From positions 2,208,001 through 2,272,000 of the forward strand of contig OZ241917.1 in NCBI GenBank assembly GCA_965203805.1: a DNA stretch of 64,000 bases, read 5' to 3'. Position 1 is the first letter of the stretch. Each line of letters starts with the position of its first letter. This document shows, piece by piece, positions 48,185 to 58,052 of the stretch. This DNA comes from Candidatus Latescibacterota bacterium. GTDB lineage: Bacteria > Latescibacterota > UBA2968 > GCA-2709665. The notes under the pieces were generated by a model that saw only the letters and a program-made list of their open reading frames with translations, had not been told where the DNA came from and made no database searches. The translations under genes were made by a program, and so were the position numbers.

Positions 48185-49021
48185 TCACGGCGCTTGTGGA
48201 ACTTCCACCGGCAGATCCAGCCGGTCGCCCCATTCCTTCCACGACCCGATATAGTTGCGCACATTCTCATATCCCAGCAGGCGCAACGCCAGGTACGAAT
48301 GGGAGGAACGGTACCCGCCCTGTCAGTAACACGCCACCGTCTGCTCCGGCATCACACCCGCCCGCTCGTACATTGTGCGCAACTGAGCCGCCGGCTTGAA
48401 CGCGCCGGACTCGTCCAGGTTGTTCAGATACTCGATATGCACGGCATCGGGCACGGCGCCGGCCCGGGCAGAGCGTGCCACCCGTCCAAAATACTCGTCG
48501 TCGCTGCGCGTATCCAGCGGCACGAAATCCGTACTTTCGAGGGAATCCCGAATCTCCTCGTAGCCGATATGGCGCCCCGCCACCGGCGCAACTTCGAATG
48601 TGGCCGCGTCCGGGACCGGGGCCTCCCGTGTCGTCGCGTATCCCGCCGCCGTCCAGGCCCCCAGCCCGCCATCCAGCACATGTACGTCCGCGTGACCCAG
48701 ATATTCGCAGATCCAGAAGCCGCGCGCCGCCCGCATCCCCGAGTCGTTCTCGTAAAACACCACCGTGGCATCGGAGTCGATCCCCCGGCTTCCCATCAGA
48801 TACGCCAGGGTCCACATGAAAGCCTCGAAAACCTCCTGTTCAGTGTTGTTCAGACTGATTCCGTAGAGGTCCAGGTGCAGCGCCCCCGGAATATGTCCCG
48901 CTACGTATTCGTGGGTGGCCCGGACGTCCACAATGCACGTCGATCCGTCGTGGAGGCGGCCCCGCAACTGCCGCGGCGTCATCAACAGTTCGGGATTCGC
49001 ATATCCTTTTTCATCCATCAC
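48185..49021 (-). CDS. Tandem-domain rhodanese/sulfurtransferase, probable selenoprotein (UGA at 48323-48325)
   Basis: GHIPGA, VLDGG..AW, then VACY-TGA-QGGYRSS...[16 protein letters not shown] in frame to the stop at 48185. Confidence 0.85.
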
Positions 49022-50082
49022 CGTCCCTCCTGCTCGAAATAGGCGTCGATTTCAATGCATCTCCCGCCCTGCCGCGCCGAATCCCATCCGGCCAGGATCG
49101 GCGCGAGGGAAAACAGGCCGTCGTGATAATCGTTCAGGATGCCCTCGCGGCGCCCCGAACGCACGGCCTCCACGAAGATCCGGTCCTGCTCGTACCATGG
49201 GTCGAAGTCCTCGTCCCGATAGACCGTCTCTCCGTTCAAGTCGATTCGATCGTAATTGAATATCTCCATCCGCCCGCCCTCGAAAAAAAACGTGAACCAG
49301 GGCTGCGGCGTTCCCGACGGGTCCGCCCGCACAAACGTCATCGTCATCGTCGCGCCGTTATCCATCAGGAAGTGGAATGACGACGAAAGCGGTTCGCTGA
49401 AGACGTCGGACTTTTCACAATAGAACGCCTGGACGCTCTCAACCTCCAATCCGGTCATGAACCGGGTGTAATCCACGGCGTGCACGCCCCAATCCAGGGC
49501 CGGACCGCCCGACTTGCCCATCTGGTACCACCACGACGTCCGGTCGTTCCGCGACTTCAACCGGGGCAGCCCCCCCACGGACCGAAACACCGCGTGTACG
49601 ATCCGCTTCTCCGACAGAATGCGACGCGCCTCCTGGAACAGCGGCCGATACCGTTCCCGAAAACAGACCGTGCTCAACACGCCCGCTTCTCGAATCGCCC
49701 GGTCGATTTCCAGAGCCACGTCCATCCGAATCGCTTGGGGCTTTTCGCTGAACAGATGAATCCCCCGGCGCACGGCTATGACTTCGACGTCCGTGCGCGC
49801 AAAAGCCGGCACGACCGAAAAGAGAACGTCGAACCGCTCGTTCTCCACCATCTCGCGCCCATCGGCATAGACCGCCGGAATGCCAAAGCGCTCTGCCGTG
49901 CGACTCAGGGCGTCCGCGTCCACGTCGCATGCCGCCACGACGTCCACGCCCAGCTTTTTCAGGTTCGGAATATGGGTCTGGTTCGCCCATGACCCTGTGC
50001 CGTAAACCGCCGCTCGGACGGGCCTTCCGGCTATGCTCGCCGATTCCGCCGGGAGGTCGTTTTCGTTCGGTCGCCCTGACAC
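49018..50082 (-). CDS. Gfo/Idh/MocA-family oxidoreductase
   Basis: YGTGSWA, ACDVD, HLFSEKP, SGG..DWGVH.VD. Confidence 0.9.
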   Translation of the reverse strand: MSGRPNENDLPAESASIAGRPVRAAVYGTGSWANQTHIPNLKKLGVDVVAACDVDADALSRTAERFGIPAVYADGREMVENERFDVLFSVVPAFARTDVEVIAVRRGIHLFSEKPQAIRMDVALEIDRAIREAGVLSTVCFRERYRPLFQEARRILSEKRIVHAVFRSVGGLPRLKSRNDRTSWWYQMGKSGGPALDWGVHAVDYTRFMTGLEVESVQAFYCEKSDVFSEPLSSSFHFLMDNGATMTMTFVRADPSGTPQPWFTFFFEGGRMEIFNYDRIDLNGETVYRDEDFDPWYEQDRIFVEAVRSGRREGILNDYHDGLFSLAPILAGWDSARQGGRCIEIDAYFEQEGR

Positions 50083-50086
50083 ACCC

Positions 50087-51364
50087 CTACCCCCTGGCAA
50101 GGGACTCCGCCGTCTGCACGATGGTTTGCTCCTCACCCTGGAATCTGGCCGGTTCACCGTAATAGGGGTACGCGTTGGGTTCGTACCCGCCCTCCTCGTA
50201 TTGCCGGTCGGTACAGAGGTATCCGATCTCGTCGTTCGCATATCCCACCGGCCACACGTCGTCGGCGTCCACCAGCCCCCTCAGTCGTTTTTCGATCGCG
50301 TGACCGATTTCCTGTACCGGCTCGCCCGGTATGGTGACCCACGTCAGCGGGCCCACCGCCATCAACTGCATCTCCGTCGAGCGGCTGTCGGGAATTCCGC
50401 CGTTTTCGATCATCTTCAAGACCCCGTTCGCCCACGGCCCGGTCAGCAGGCGGCCTCTTGCGCTTTCGTCGTCCGCCATCTCCCGCAGTTTTTCGATCGG
50501 ATCGTGTTCGCCGAATGCGATCTTCACGTCGGAACGCCGCGCGTTCAACTGCGAGGACCGCCGGGTCTTCAGACTCCCGGCCACGCGCACCACCTCACGG
50601 CCCAACTCCTCTCCGCACGCATCCAGTTCAGCCTTGCTGGCCGACTTGAAGCGCGCGGTGTCCGGGTCCACCACGGCCGGGCGAATATTGCCGAAGCATC
50701 CTGCCAGGTATAAGGCCTTGCATCCGATTGACTCCTCGATCACCGTGCGTGCGATTCCCGCATAGTCCGGCGAAATATAGCCCTCGGACCCGCTCTTCGT
50801 TGTGGTGTGGCAGGAATAGTGAAACAGCACCGCCAGCGGCGCCCCATCCTCCGCCTCCACAAGAAGCACGCGGACGCGACGGTCCACGATGCCGCCGAAG
50901 TTCAGCATCATGCCGGACGTGCCCGGCAGCGGCCTGCGGCAGATATTGAAGTGTGCCGAACCGCAGCCCACCCCGAACCGGACCGGTCTCAAATCCGCCG
51001 CCGCCCGCGCGATGCTGTCCGCGGTTGCGATCTCGATCCTTTCCAGCCACCCGTCGGGCGGCTCCATGCCCAGCGAAGGCAGCGTGGCGGGCGCCGAGTG
51101 CGTGTGGCTGCACGCCACCATCACGTGATCGCCCGGGATACCGCATGCCTCCCGAACCCGCGCCCGAATCCGGTCGGTGGTCTCCTTTGCCACGCCGATG
51201 ACGTCGAGGGTCGCGACCGCCGTCCTCGTCTCCCCTTCTTCGAACACGATCGCACGGACTTCCAGAGGGTACAGCACCGAATGCGAGGGATTCGAGCTCC
51301 AGTGGCCCTGAAGTACGGGACCCGGCTCGGGCGTGATGTCCGCCACCGCAACACCGCTTTTCAT
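50087..51364 (-). CDS. Neutral-ceramidase-like N-terminal domain hydrolase
   Basis: DITP, CSHTHSAP, YSCH, ISPDYAG, G..GN, IPGEP, GYAN..GY....Y..GGYE. Confidence 0.8.
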   Translation of the reverse strand: MKSGVAVADITPEPGPVLQGHWSSNPSHSVLYPLEVRAIVFEEGETRTAVATLDVIGVAKETTDRIRARVREACGIPGDHVMVACSHTHSAPATLPSLGMEPPDGWLERIEIATADSIARAAADLRPVRFGVGCGSAHFNICRRPLPGTSGMMLNFGGIVDRRVRVLLVEAEDGAPLAVLFHYSCHTTTKSGSEGYISPDYAGIARTVIEESIGCKALYLAGCFGNIRPAVVDPDTARFKSASKAELDACGEELGREVVRVAGSLKTRRSSQLNARRSDVKIAFGEHDPIEKLREMADDESARGRLLTGPWANGVLKMIENGGIPDSRSTEMQLMAVGPLTWVTIPGEPVQEIGHAIEKRLRGLVDADDVWPVGYANDEIGYLCTDRQYEEGGYEPNAYPYYGEPARFQGEEQTIVQTAESLARG

Positions 51365-51435
51365 GGTTTTCTCCTCCTTTGACGTGTCGGGAAGACGAGG
51401 TTCAAGATCGACAACCCTATGGTTGCCGGGAAATT

Positions 51436-51687
51436 TTACGAAACCGCGACCGCAATGGCGTCAAGTGAATCTCTGGCGATTCAGGCGTGTGCATAGGCGG
51501 CACAAGCCCGAATATCATCCGGTTCCAGTTCGGGGTAATCCTCCAGGATGGCATCGGTCGACACGCCCTTTGCCAGCAGGCCAAGGACAATCTCGACCGA
51601 TATTCTCATATCGCGAATAATAGGTTTTCCGCCAAAAACACCAGGACGAGCAGTAATTCGACTAAGCAGATCAGTATTGCTGGTCAT
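51436..51687 (-). pseudogene. DUF433 antitoxin with premature TGA; partner toxin absent
   Basis: RI...PGVFGGKP.IR..RI.V..VL, DYPEL..DDIRAC..YA. TGA at 51481-51483 is followed in frame by IARDSLDAIAVAVS*. Confidence 0.7.
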
Positions 51688-51870
51688 GTCAACTCCGATG
51701 TTTGGACGGAAAAACGGCCTGCGGCTATCGTTTCGGAATATAACACACACATAGCTGAAAAAAAAGTCCGAGGGGCCGTGATTCTTCCTGTCCGGGCCTC
51801 GCTCGAACCCACAAAAAGCCGGCCTGTCCAACTCCTGACAGGCCCGCGCCACATCTGTTTCAGGGGAGGG

Positions 51871-51960
51871 TCAGCTGGTGTGTTTCCGCACGGTGCGTTT
51901 CTCCATCCACCCGTAAATCACCGGCAGCAGGATCAGGGTCAACGGGGTCGAAGCAATTGT
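51871..51960 (-). pseudogene. C-terminal remnant of an RND efflux permease (CusA/CzcA-like)
   Basis: TIASTPLTLILLPVIYGWMEKR..* resembles the last RND TM helix (ST.LTL..LP..Y.W); terminator hairpin follows at 51821-51844. Confidence 0.55.
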
Positions 51961-52090
51961 CAAATATAGCGACGTCGGGACGAGAGGACTCGCCCCGACA
52001 TCGGTAACTGCCTCCGCCGCGGCTGCTTGCCGTCTACCGGCTGCGCCTCGCGCGCGGACCGCATGTTATGTCAACCGGTCAACAGCGCCT

Positions 52091-52816
52091 TTAGTACGCG
52101 AAACCGAGACCGACGCCGCCCCAGACCTGGGTTAGCTCGCCTCCGTCTTCAACGATGTCTTCGATCCTGCGAATGATGCCGATGGTCGCAGAGGCTGAGA
52201 AAAGGCTTCGACTTGCACTCAGTGAAACCGAACTGCCGACGTGATTGAATTCGAATTTTCCGGTGGTGTCGCTGTATCCGATGTCGCCGGACACCCCAAC
52301 CGAAATGTCACCCTCGGAAGTCAGTTGGACTTCATGGCCGATACTGCCGTTGAGATACCAGTAATCGAACTGGCCCACGTCGCGGTAGAGCAATAGAGAC
52401 GGTGACAGGATATTGTCCAGGTTCAGGCCGGCGAAAAACTCCGTGGTGATTCTGTCGCCTTTGTCCAGGCTCGGAAAGGTGTATTGAATCATCCCCACGG
52501 TAAGCCCGACGTCCTGGTACTGTTCTCCCAGGCTGCGGTCGTAAGTCAGCGTGAAGTCGAGTTCATCGCCCGCGTCCTGAATGCTCCGTTGTTTCAGAGC
52601 GGCGGAACCCCAGACGTTGAACGCAAATCCGGATTCGCCGAAACCAATCGTGAGCGAAGGCTGCGCGGTGGGCTTGTTCGTGAAGCCGACGCCGCGGAAG
52701 ATATAATGCGAGACAAGATCCACGCCCCCCTCGACGGAGACGTTCCCGATCTGTGCGAATGCGGGACTGGCAAGCAGGCTGAGGGTGAGAACGACGAGTA
52801 GCGTACGAGTTGGCAT
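52091..52816 (-). CDS. TorF/TIGR02001-like outer-membrane porin
   Basis: Signal peptide, SHYIFRG, QP, NVWGS, ELD, aromatic C-terminus. Confidence 0.75.
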   Translation of the reverse strand: MPTRTLLVVLTLSLLASPAFAQIGNVSVEGGVDLVSHYIFRGVGFTNKPTAQPSLTIGFGESGFAFNVWGSAALKQRSIQDAGDELDFTLTYDRSLGEQYQDVGLTVGMIQYTFPSLDKGDRITTEFFAGLNLDNILSPSLLLYRDVGQFDYWYLNGSIGHEVQLTSEGDISVGVSGDIGYSDTTGKFEFNHVGSSVSLSASRSLFSASATIGIIRRIEDIVEDGGELTQVWGGVGLGFAY

Positions 52817-53015
52817 GTTCTTGATTCCTCCATTCTGTTTCGGTGATGTCCCCAATGGATCACACCGGGACGGTATGTTGACGGTACTCTATCGGCGGTT
52901 TGAGAGGAGATCCAGGGGGAAGTCAACGTGTCTGGCCTGCAGTCCACGCGACGTGAATCGTACGGCCTGGTATGGAATTTATCAAGAACGGATGTTTTGC
53001 ACATCAAACCGTTTA

Positions 53016-53044
53016 ATCTTAGGGTCGCGAGGGTTCAATGTCAA
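53016..53044 (-). promoter_or_regulatory. sigma70-type promoter of the porin gene
   Basis: TTGACA-17 bp-TAAGAT on the minus strand. Confidence 0.65.
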
Positions 53045-53076
53045 GATGAATTTTCGTTTGGTGGCACGGCTGTGAC

Positions 53077-53607
53077 CTATTCGGACCGGCCGCCGATTCG
53101 TGAATGTCGGGACCGGATATCCAGCAGGACGTTTCCCCGGCTGTCTTTAAGGACAAGCGTTGTCTCGTACTTGTCATCCCCCGAAAATCGATTGACGATC
53201 TCTCCTTCTATGCCCAGACCGAAATCCACGTATTTCCACGTCATTGTCTCGGTCTTTTCGTCCCACGCGCCAATCCAGAAACTGCTATTGCCTTCGGAAT
53301 CGAACGCCCACTTGTGATACTGGCCGCTCTCTGCGTCGAAACGTTGGATTTCACGTGTTTGGGTATTCCCGGTATGGCCGGATATCTGCTGGTATTGATT
53401 GCCCAGAATCCACTCTCCGGTCGACGCGCCGGGCAATTCACTGCCAACAAGCGTCCAGGCAGCGGGCTTCACATTGGTGTGATGTTTCCAGGTTCCCTGC
53501 CATCTGTTCAGGACGTTTGCATCCATCGATTCTTCAGCCGCTCCGGAACCGACAGCCACAATCACCAGGAAACCAACGGCGGCCGCCGCCCGGTATACCG
53601 TATTCAT
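53077..53607 (-). CDS. Secreted beta-barrel-type hypothetical protein (DUF1579-like)
   Basis: Signal peptide; L..W.GTW, WILG, FD...Y..W.FDS.G, G.WD....TMTW. Confidence 0.7.
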   Translation of the reverse strand: MNTVYRAAAAVGFLVIVAVGSGAAEESMDANVLNRWQGTWKHHTNVKPAAWTLVGSELPGASTGEWILGNQYQQISGHTGNTQTREIQRFDAESGQYHKWAFDSEGNSSFWIGAWDEKTETMTWKYVDFGLGIEGEIVNRFSGDDKYETTLVLKDSRGNVLLDIRSRHSRIGGRSE

Positions 53608-53736
53608 ATACCATTCCTTTCAGAAGATGATCATCAGCGCCATTTCCGAACCCGGACCCATGAAGCCATCGAAGCAAGGAGCTGTTCCATGGGTATCGAT
53701 ACAGAACCCGCGCTTCCGCCCGCTTTGACACAAGGC

Positions 53737-55929
53737 CTACCTGACGAACAGCATGTCCCGGTACGTGGGCAACGGCCACAAATCGTCCGGAATGACTTTC
53801 TCCAGGCGGTCAGCCACGTCCCGCACCGCGTCCATCGCCGGGATCACATTGTCGCGCATGTGGACCACCTTGGACGACATCTCGTCTCCGCCGAGTTCTC
53901 CGTTTTGCTCGTCGAGTTCGTCCAGCGCATCGCTCAATTCATCGATAAGGCCGGAAACCCCCTTGATGCTGCTTTCAAGACCCGTTGTGGAGCCGCCCGC
54001 CTCTTTCGTTCCGTTTCGCGCCGACGCGAGCTGCGTCAGGTAGGTGACCGCAGCAGGCAGGATCATGCAGCGGGCTATATGCGCCGCCGTTTCGCCTTCG
54101 ATGTTGATCTTGATGAAGTACTGCTCGGTGAGCACTTCCAGCCTGGCCCCCAGTTCGCGCGGCGTCAAGACGCCGTACTTGTCGAAGAGTTCCTCGTTCT
54201 TGGGCGATGCGAGCGCATCGAGCGCATCGACTGCCGATCCCGCATTGTACAGCCCTCGTCGCGCGGCTTCCTCGACCCACTCGGTTGCGTAATTGTCGCC
54301 ATTGAAAATGATCCGTTTGAAAGACGGGATCTCGTTGGCCAACAGCGTCCAGAGCGCATCCTCGATCGAGGTGCCGGCGTCGACGATCGGCTCCAGCAGC
54401 TCCGTCCAATGGTCGATCGCCTCCGCGACGATCGTGTTGAGGACCGTTGCCGGCAGCGATATATTCGCGGACGAGCCGACCGCGCGAAACTCGAACTTGT
54501 TCCCGGTGAAAGCAAACGGAGACGTGCGGTTGCGGTCGCCGGAATGGCGCGCAAGGTCAGGGAGAACATTGACTCCCAGGCCGAGGAGGCCATCGTGTTC
54601 CCGCTTCTCCGCCTTTCCGGATTCCTCAAGCTGGTTGAAGATGTCTTCGAGCTGGCTCCCCAGGAACACCGAAATGATCGACGGGGGGGCTTCGTTGGCG
54701 CCCAAACGGTGATCGTTCCCCGCGCTTGAGACGCTGGCCAGGAGCAGGTCCTGGTGCTGCTCGACCGCGCTCATCACCGCTGTACAGAAGAACAGAAACA
54801 CCAGGTTGTCGTGCGGCGTGTCGCCCGGATCCATCAGGTTACGGTCCGATGTGCCAAAGGACCAGTTCAGGTGCTTGCCGCTGCCGTTGATCCCTGAGAA
54901 GGGCTTCTCATGCAAAAGGCAGATGAATCCATAGTTGCGTGCGCTTCGCTCCAGGACCCTCATCATCAGCTGCTGATGGTCCGACGCCACGTTCGCGTTC
55001 TCGTAGACCGGCGCCATCTCGTATTGCCCCGGCGCCACCTCGTTGTGGCGCGTCTTCATCGGCACGCCCAGCCGGTACAGGTCCATCTCGATGGACTGGA
55101 TGCACGCAAGCACCCGCTCGTGGATCTGTCCGAAATAGTGGTCGTCGAGTTCCTGCCCCCTCGGAGGCTTTGCCCCGAAAAGTGTCCGGCCCGCGGTCAT
55201 AAGGTCGGGTCTACGGTAGTAGAACTCACGGTCGACGAGGAAGAACTCCTGCTCGGGACCGAGGCTGGCCGTTACCATCCCGGCGTCGATACCGAAGAGC
55301 TTGAGCGCTCGTCGTGCGACCCGGTCGAGGGCGTCCATCGACCGGAGCAGGGGGATCTTGGCATCCAGACTCTCGCCTGTCCAGCTGGAAAAGGCAGTGG
55401 GAATGCACAGGTAAGTGGCAGACTCGCCGCCCATGATGAACGCCGGCGAGGTTGGATCCCAGGCCGTGTAACCGCGCGCTTCGAAGGTGGCCCGTAAGCC
55501 ACCCGAGGGGAACGACGACGCATCCGGCTCGCCCTGGACGAGTTCCTCGCCGCCGAATTCGGTGATGGCGCGTGCATCGGCGCCCACCTTCAGGAAAGAG
55601 TCGTGCTTCTCGGCGGTGTGCCCCGTGAGCGGCTGGAACCAGTGCGTGTAGTGGGTTGCGCCCAACGAGAGCGCCCAGTCTTTCATCGCCGCCGCCACCG
55701 TGTCCGCGATATCGGAATCGAGTTGCTTTCCGTGGTGAATCGTCCGGACGAGCTGCTTGAAGACGTTTTCCGGAAGCCTGGACTGCATTTCGCGCAGTCC
55801 GAAAGTTTCTTTGCCGAAGATGTCAGGCAGGAGGTCCCGGTCGCCCGATCGGGACTCCGGCTTGCGGTCCCAGGTCTTGGCGGCGCTGACGGAGTCGAAA
55901 CGTCTCTGAATCCTCATTGTGAAGGCCAT
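53737..55929 (-). CDS. glnA: Glutamine synthetase type III
   Basis: GATHYTHWFQPLTG.TAEKHD, GEPDASSFPSGG, HEKPF.GINGSGKH, HRLGANEAPP, DRNRTSPFAFTGNKFEFRA, WPLPTY. Confidence 0.96.
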   Translation of the reverse strand: MAFTMRIQRRFDSVSAAKTWDRKPESRSGDRDLLPDIFGKETFGLREMQSRLPENVFKQLVRTIHHGKQLDSDIADTVAAAMKDWALSLGATHYTHWFQPLTGHTAEKHDSFLKVGADARAITEFGGEELVQGEPDASSFPSGGLRATFEARGYTAWDPTSPAFIMGGESATYLCIPTAFSSWTGESLDAKIPLLRSMDALDRVARRALKLFGIDAGMVTASLGPEQEFFLVDREFYYRRPDLMTAGRTLFGAKPPRGQELDDHYFGQIHERVLACIQSIEMDLYRLGVPMKTRHNEVAPGQYEMAPVYENANVASDHQQLMMRVLERSARNYGFICLLHEKPFSGINGSGKHLNWSFGTSDRNLMDPGDTPHDNLVFLFFCTAVMSAVEQHQDLLLASVSSAGNDHRLGANEAPPSIISVFLGSQLEDIFNQLEESGKAEKREHDGLLGLGVNVLPDLARHSGDRNRTSPFAFTGNKFEFRAVGSSANISLPATVLNTIVAEAIDHWTELLEPIVDAGTSIEDALWTLLANEIPSFKRIIFNGDNYATEWVEEAARRGLYNAGSAVDALDALASPKNEELFDKYGVLTPRELGARLEVLTEQYFIKINIEGETAAHIARCMILPAAVTYLTQLASARNGTKEAGGSTTGLESSIKGVSGLIDELSDALDELDEQNGELGGDEMSSKVVHMRDNVIPAMDAVRDVADRLEKVIPDDLWPLPTYRDMLFVR

Positions 55930-56311
55930 CCTTATGAAATGGTGTGGGTGCGCGCATGTGGTTCTCAGCCACGTCAGCGCGGCAGGTGTTTAACGCTCTG
56001 GAAGCTGAAATAGCGGCGTCCGGTTGAGCGGCGGTAGTCCTTCTGAGGACTCCGATTGTTGGACCCGAATGGCGGTAAGACGGTCTGAGAGACCGAGCTG
56101 ACCGGAGTCTGATTCATGAATAAGGCGGAATTGTCGGTTTCGCAAATACTAAGGAGCGGCGTCTGTATGGAAGTAGAGCGCATTGATCGGGTGTATTCAA
56201 ACGTGTAGTCGCCGCGTCTGAAGCGCGATTCGGGATCGTGTTCTGCATCGAATATCATCGGGCCAACAGGTGTCCTCCCTGCGCGTCCGGGCACTCACGT
56301 CCCGTGATCAG

Positions 56312-57787
56312 CTATTCGAACCAATATGAAAAGAACTCCGCCTGTCTGACGTAGAACTTGAGCCGGACTTCTCTGCCCTTCAGCGCATTCAGATCCGCCC
56401 GCTCCAGCCACGTCAGTCGGTGGGCCGTCGCGTCGGCGTCGAGCCTGGCGCACCGGACCATGGCATATTCAGGCGCGTGATACCCGTCCTGTTCGATCAC
56501 GGACGCCGAAAGTTCCCCGCCCGCGGCATCCGCGTTGACATAAAGGCATCCGCCCGGACAGACGAACGGCGCCGTCACCACCCATCCGGCCTGCTCACCC
56601 GCGCACAGACTCACGAATCCGTCTCGCCTCAGCTTGGCCAGGCCCGGAAGCTTGACGTATGACAACCCGTGGCCGTGTACGCTCATCCCGTAATAAAACC
56701 AGAGTTCGTCTCCTACGAACACCGGCGAGTTGGAGGGCCAGGCAATCCCGGAGTCCAGCCCGCCGGGCGTCGTATCCAGAAAGGGTACGCGCCCTTCCGA
56801 CCGGTTCCAGTGAACGCCGTCCCGGCTGGTTACCAGTTCGACGTAGCAGCGTCCCAGCATTGCGGAATGGGCCGGCCAATCCGGCAGCCGGTACGGAAAC
56901 CGCTTGGGTCGTTCTTCGGAATACCCTTCGTGTACGCACAGCAGTCCCAGGTACATCCCCTCGTAAAAGGAAACGCCGATTGTCTGAAACTCGGTACCTG
57001 CGGGGTCGTCGCCGTCCGGAGCAAGCACGGTCTCGAGCTCCGTCCACGCGGTCATGTCCTCGCTTTCGCTTCGTGCAATCAACCGAACCGAGGTACCTTC
57101 GGGGTCGATCGGCCCATCCGGACACGCGACCTGGGGGCGGAAATACGCCACGTACCGCCCGATGCCCCCGTCCCAACCGGCCAGGCAGTTCAACCCGTCG
57201 GAATGTCCGATCCGGCTCGGCACGCGCACCTTTTCCGGACCGGACCAGGACACGCCGTCCGGCGAAAAGCTGATGCTGGACGGGTAATACAGCATCTTGT
57301 ACCTGCGGGTTTCGTCCGCCTCGTGTTCGTCGATGACGACGCAAGGCAGGCTCCCCGGAGGCTCGAATAAGACGTTGTTTTCGGTGCTTCCGTTGATTTC
57401 GACCCGCCCCAGCGCCGGGAGCCGCCAGTGAATCCCGTTGTGCGACTCCGCGTAGGCCACCACCGGCGTCCCGCCGCCGTACCCGAAGTCCCTGATCCCC
57501 GGCGGCTTCGTCTGATAATACATCTGAAACAACCCGGAGGAGTCGCGGACGACCGACGTGGGGGTCAGGTTGTCGTTCGGTTTCTCAACGCCTCCCTCTC
57601 GTGGTACCTCGTCCTCCTCATACCTCACGCCCTCCCTCGCGTCGTGGAACCGGTTCCCCACCAGCAACGGATTCCCCACGTATTTGACCGGGGCGTTATA
57701 ATTGCGGCAAACGCGAAACGTCTCCGCGACCCCCTCGTCATCCAGAAACAACTGGCGATTGGCGCCGACATGCATCGAATATCGCAT
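56312..57787 (-). CDS. GH32-like five-bladed beta-propeller protein
   Basis: QLFLDD, YAES.NGIHW, S.DG..W repeats, LR.DGFVS, LYVNA. Confidence 0.7.
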   Translation of the reverse strand: MRYSMHVGANRQLFLDDEGVAETFRVCRNYNAPVKYVGNPLLVGNRFHDAREGVRYEEDEVPREGGVEKPNDNLTPTSVVRDSSGLFQMYYQTKPPGIRDFGYGGGTPVVAYAESHNGIHWRLPALGRVEINGSTENNVLFEPPGSLPCVVIDEHEADETRRYKMLYYPSSISFSPDGVSWSGPEKVRVPSRIGHSDGLNCLAGWDGGIGRYVAYFRPQVACPDGPIDPEGTSVRLIARSESEDMTAWTELETVLAPDGDDPAGTEFQTIGVSFYEGMYLGLLCVHEGYSEERPKRFPYRLPDWPAHSAMLGRCYVELVTSRDGVHWNRSEGRVPFLDTTPGGLDSGIAWPSNSPVFVGDELWFYYGMSVHGHGLSYVKLPGLAKLRRDGFVSLCAGEQAGWVVTAPFVCPGGCLYVNADAAGGELSASVIEQDGYHAPEYAMVRCARLDADATAHRLTWLERADLNALKGREVRLKFYVRQAEFFSYWFE

Positions 57788-58052
57788 CGCGAATCCGTGG
57801 GAATTTAAACCACACGAGAACGTGTGCAGCCCGTGGGCATTTCGTCTATCCTACCCTGCAACGGGTAATTTGGTTTCGAAGGCGAGGCTTGTCAATGGCT
57901 ATAACCATCCACGAAAGAAAAAGGTCGGGGAAACCCCGACCTCGGAGGCGGCTGCCGCCTTGCTCTTTGCGACCGGCCGACCATTGCCTTACAATCAACC
58001 CGCACCCGACGTTAACTGAACATCACCAGCGGCGAACCGGCGGTGCGCTTTC

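Noticed and set aside
48323-48325. Genome-wide UGA reassignment to Trp or Gly
   Set aside because: Many genes end correctly at TGA, including ATGA-coupled junctions, and Trp is encoded by TGG.
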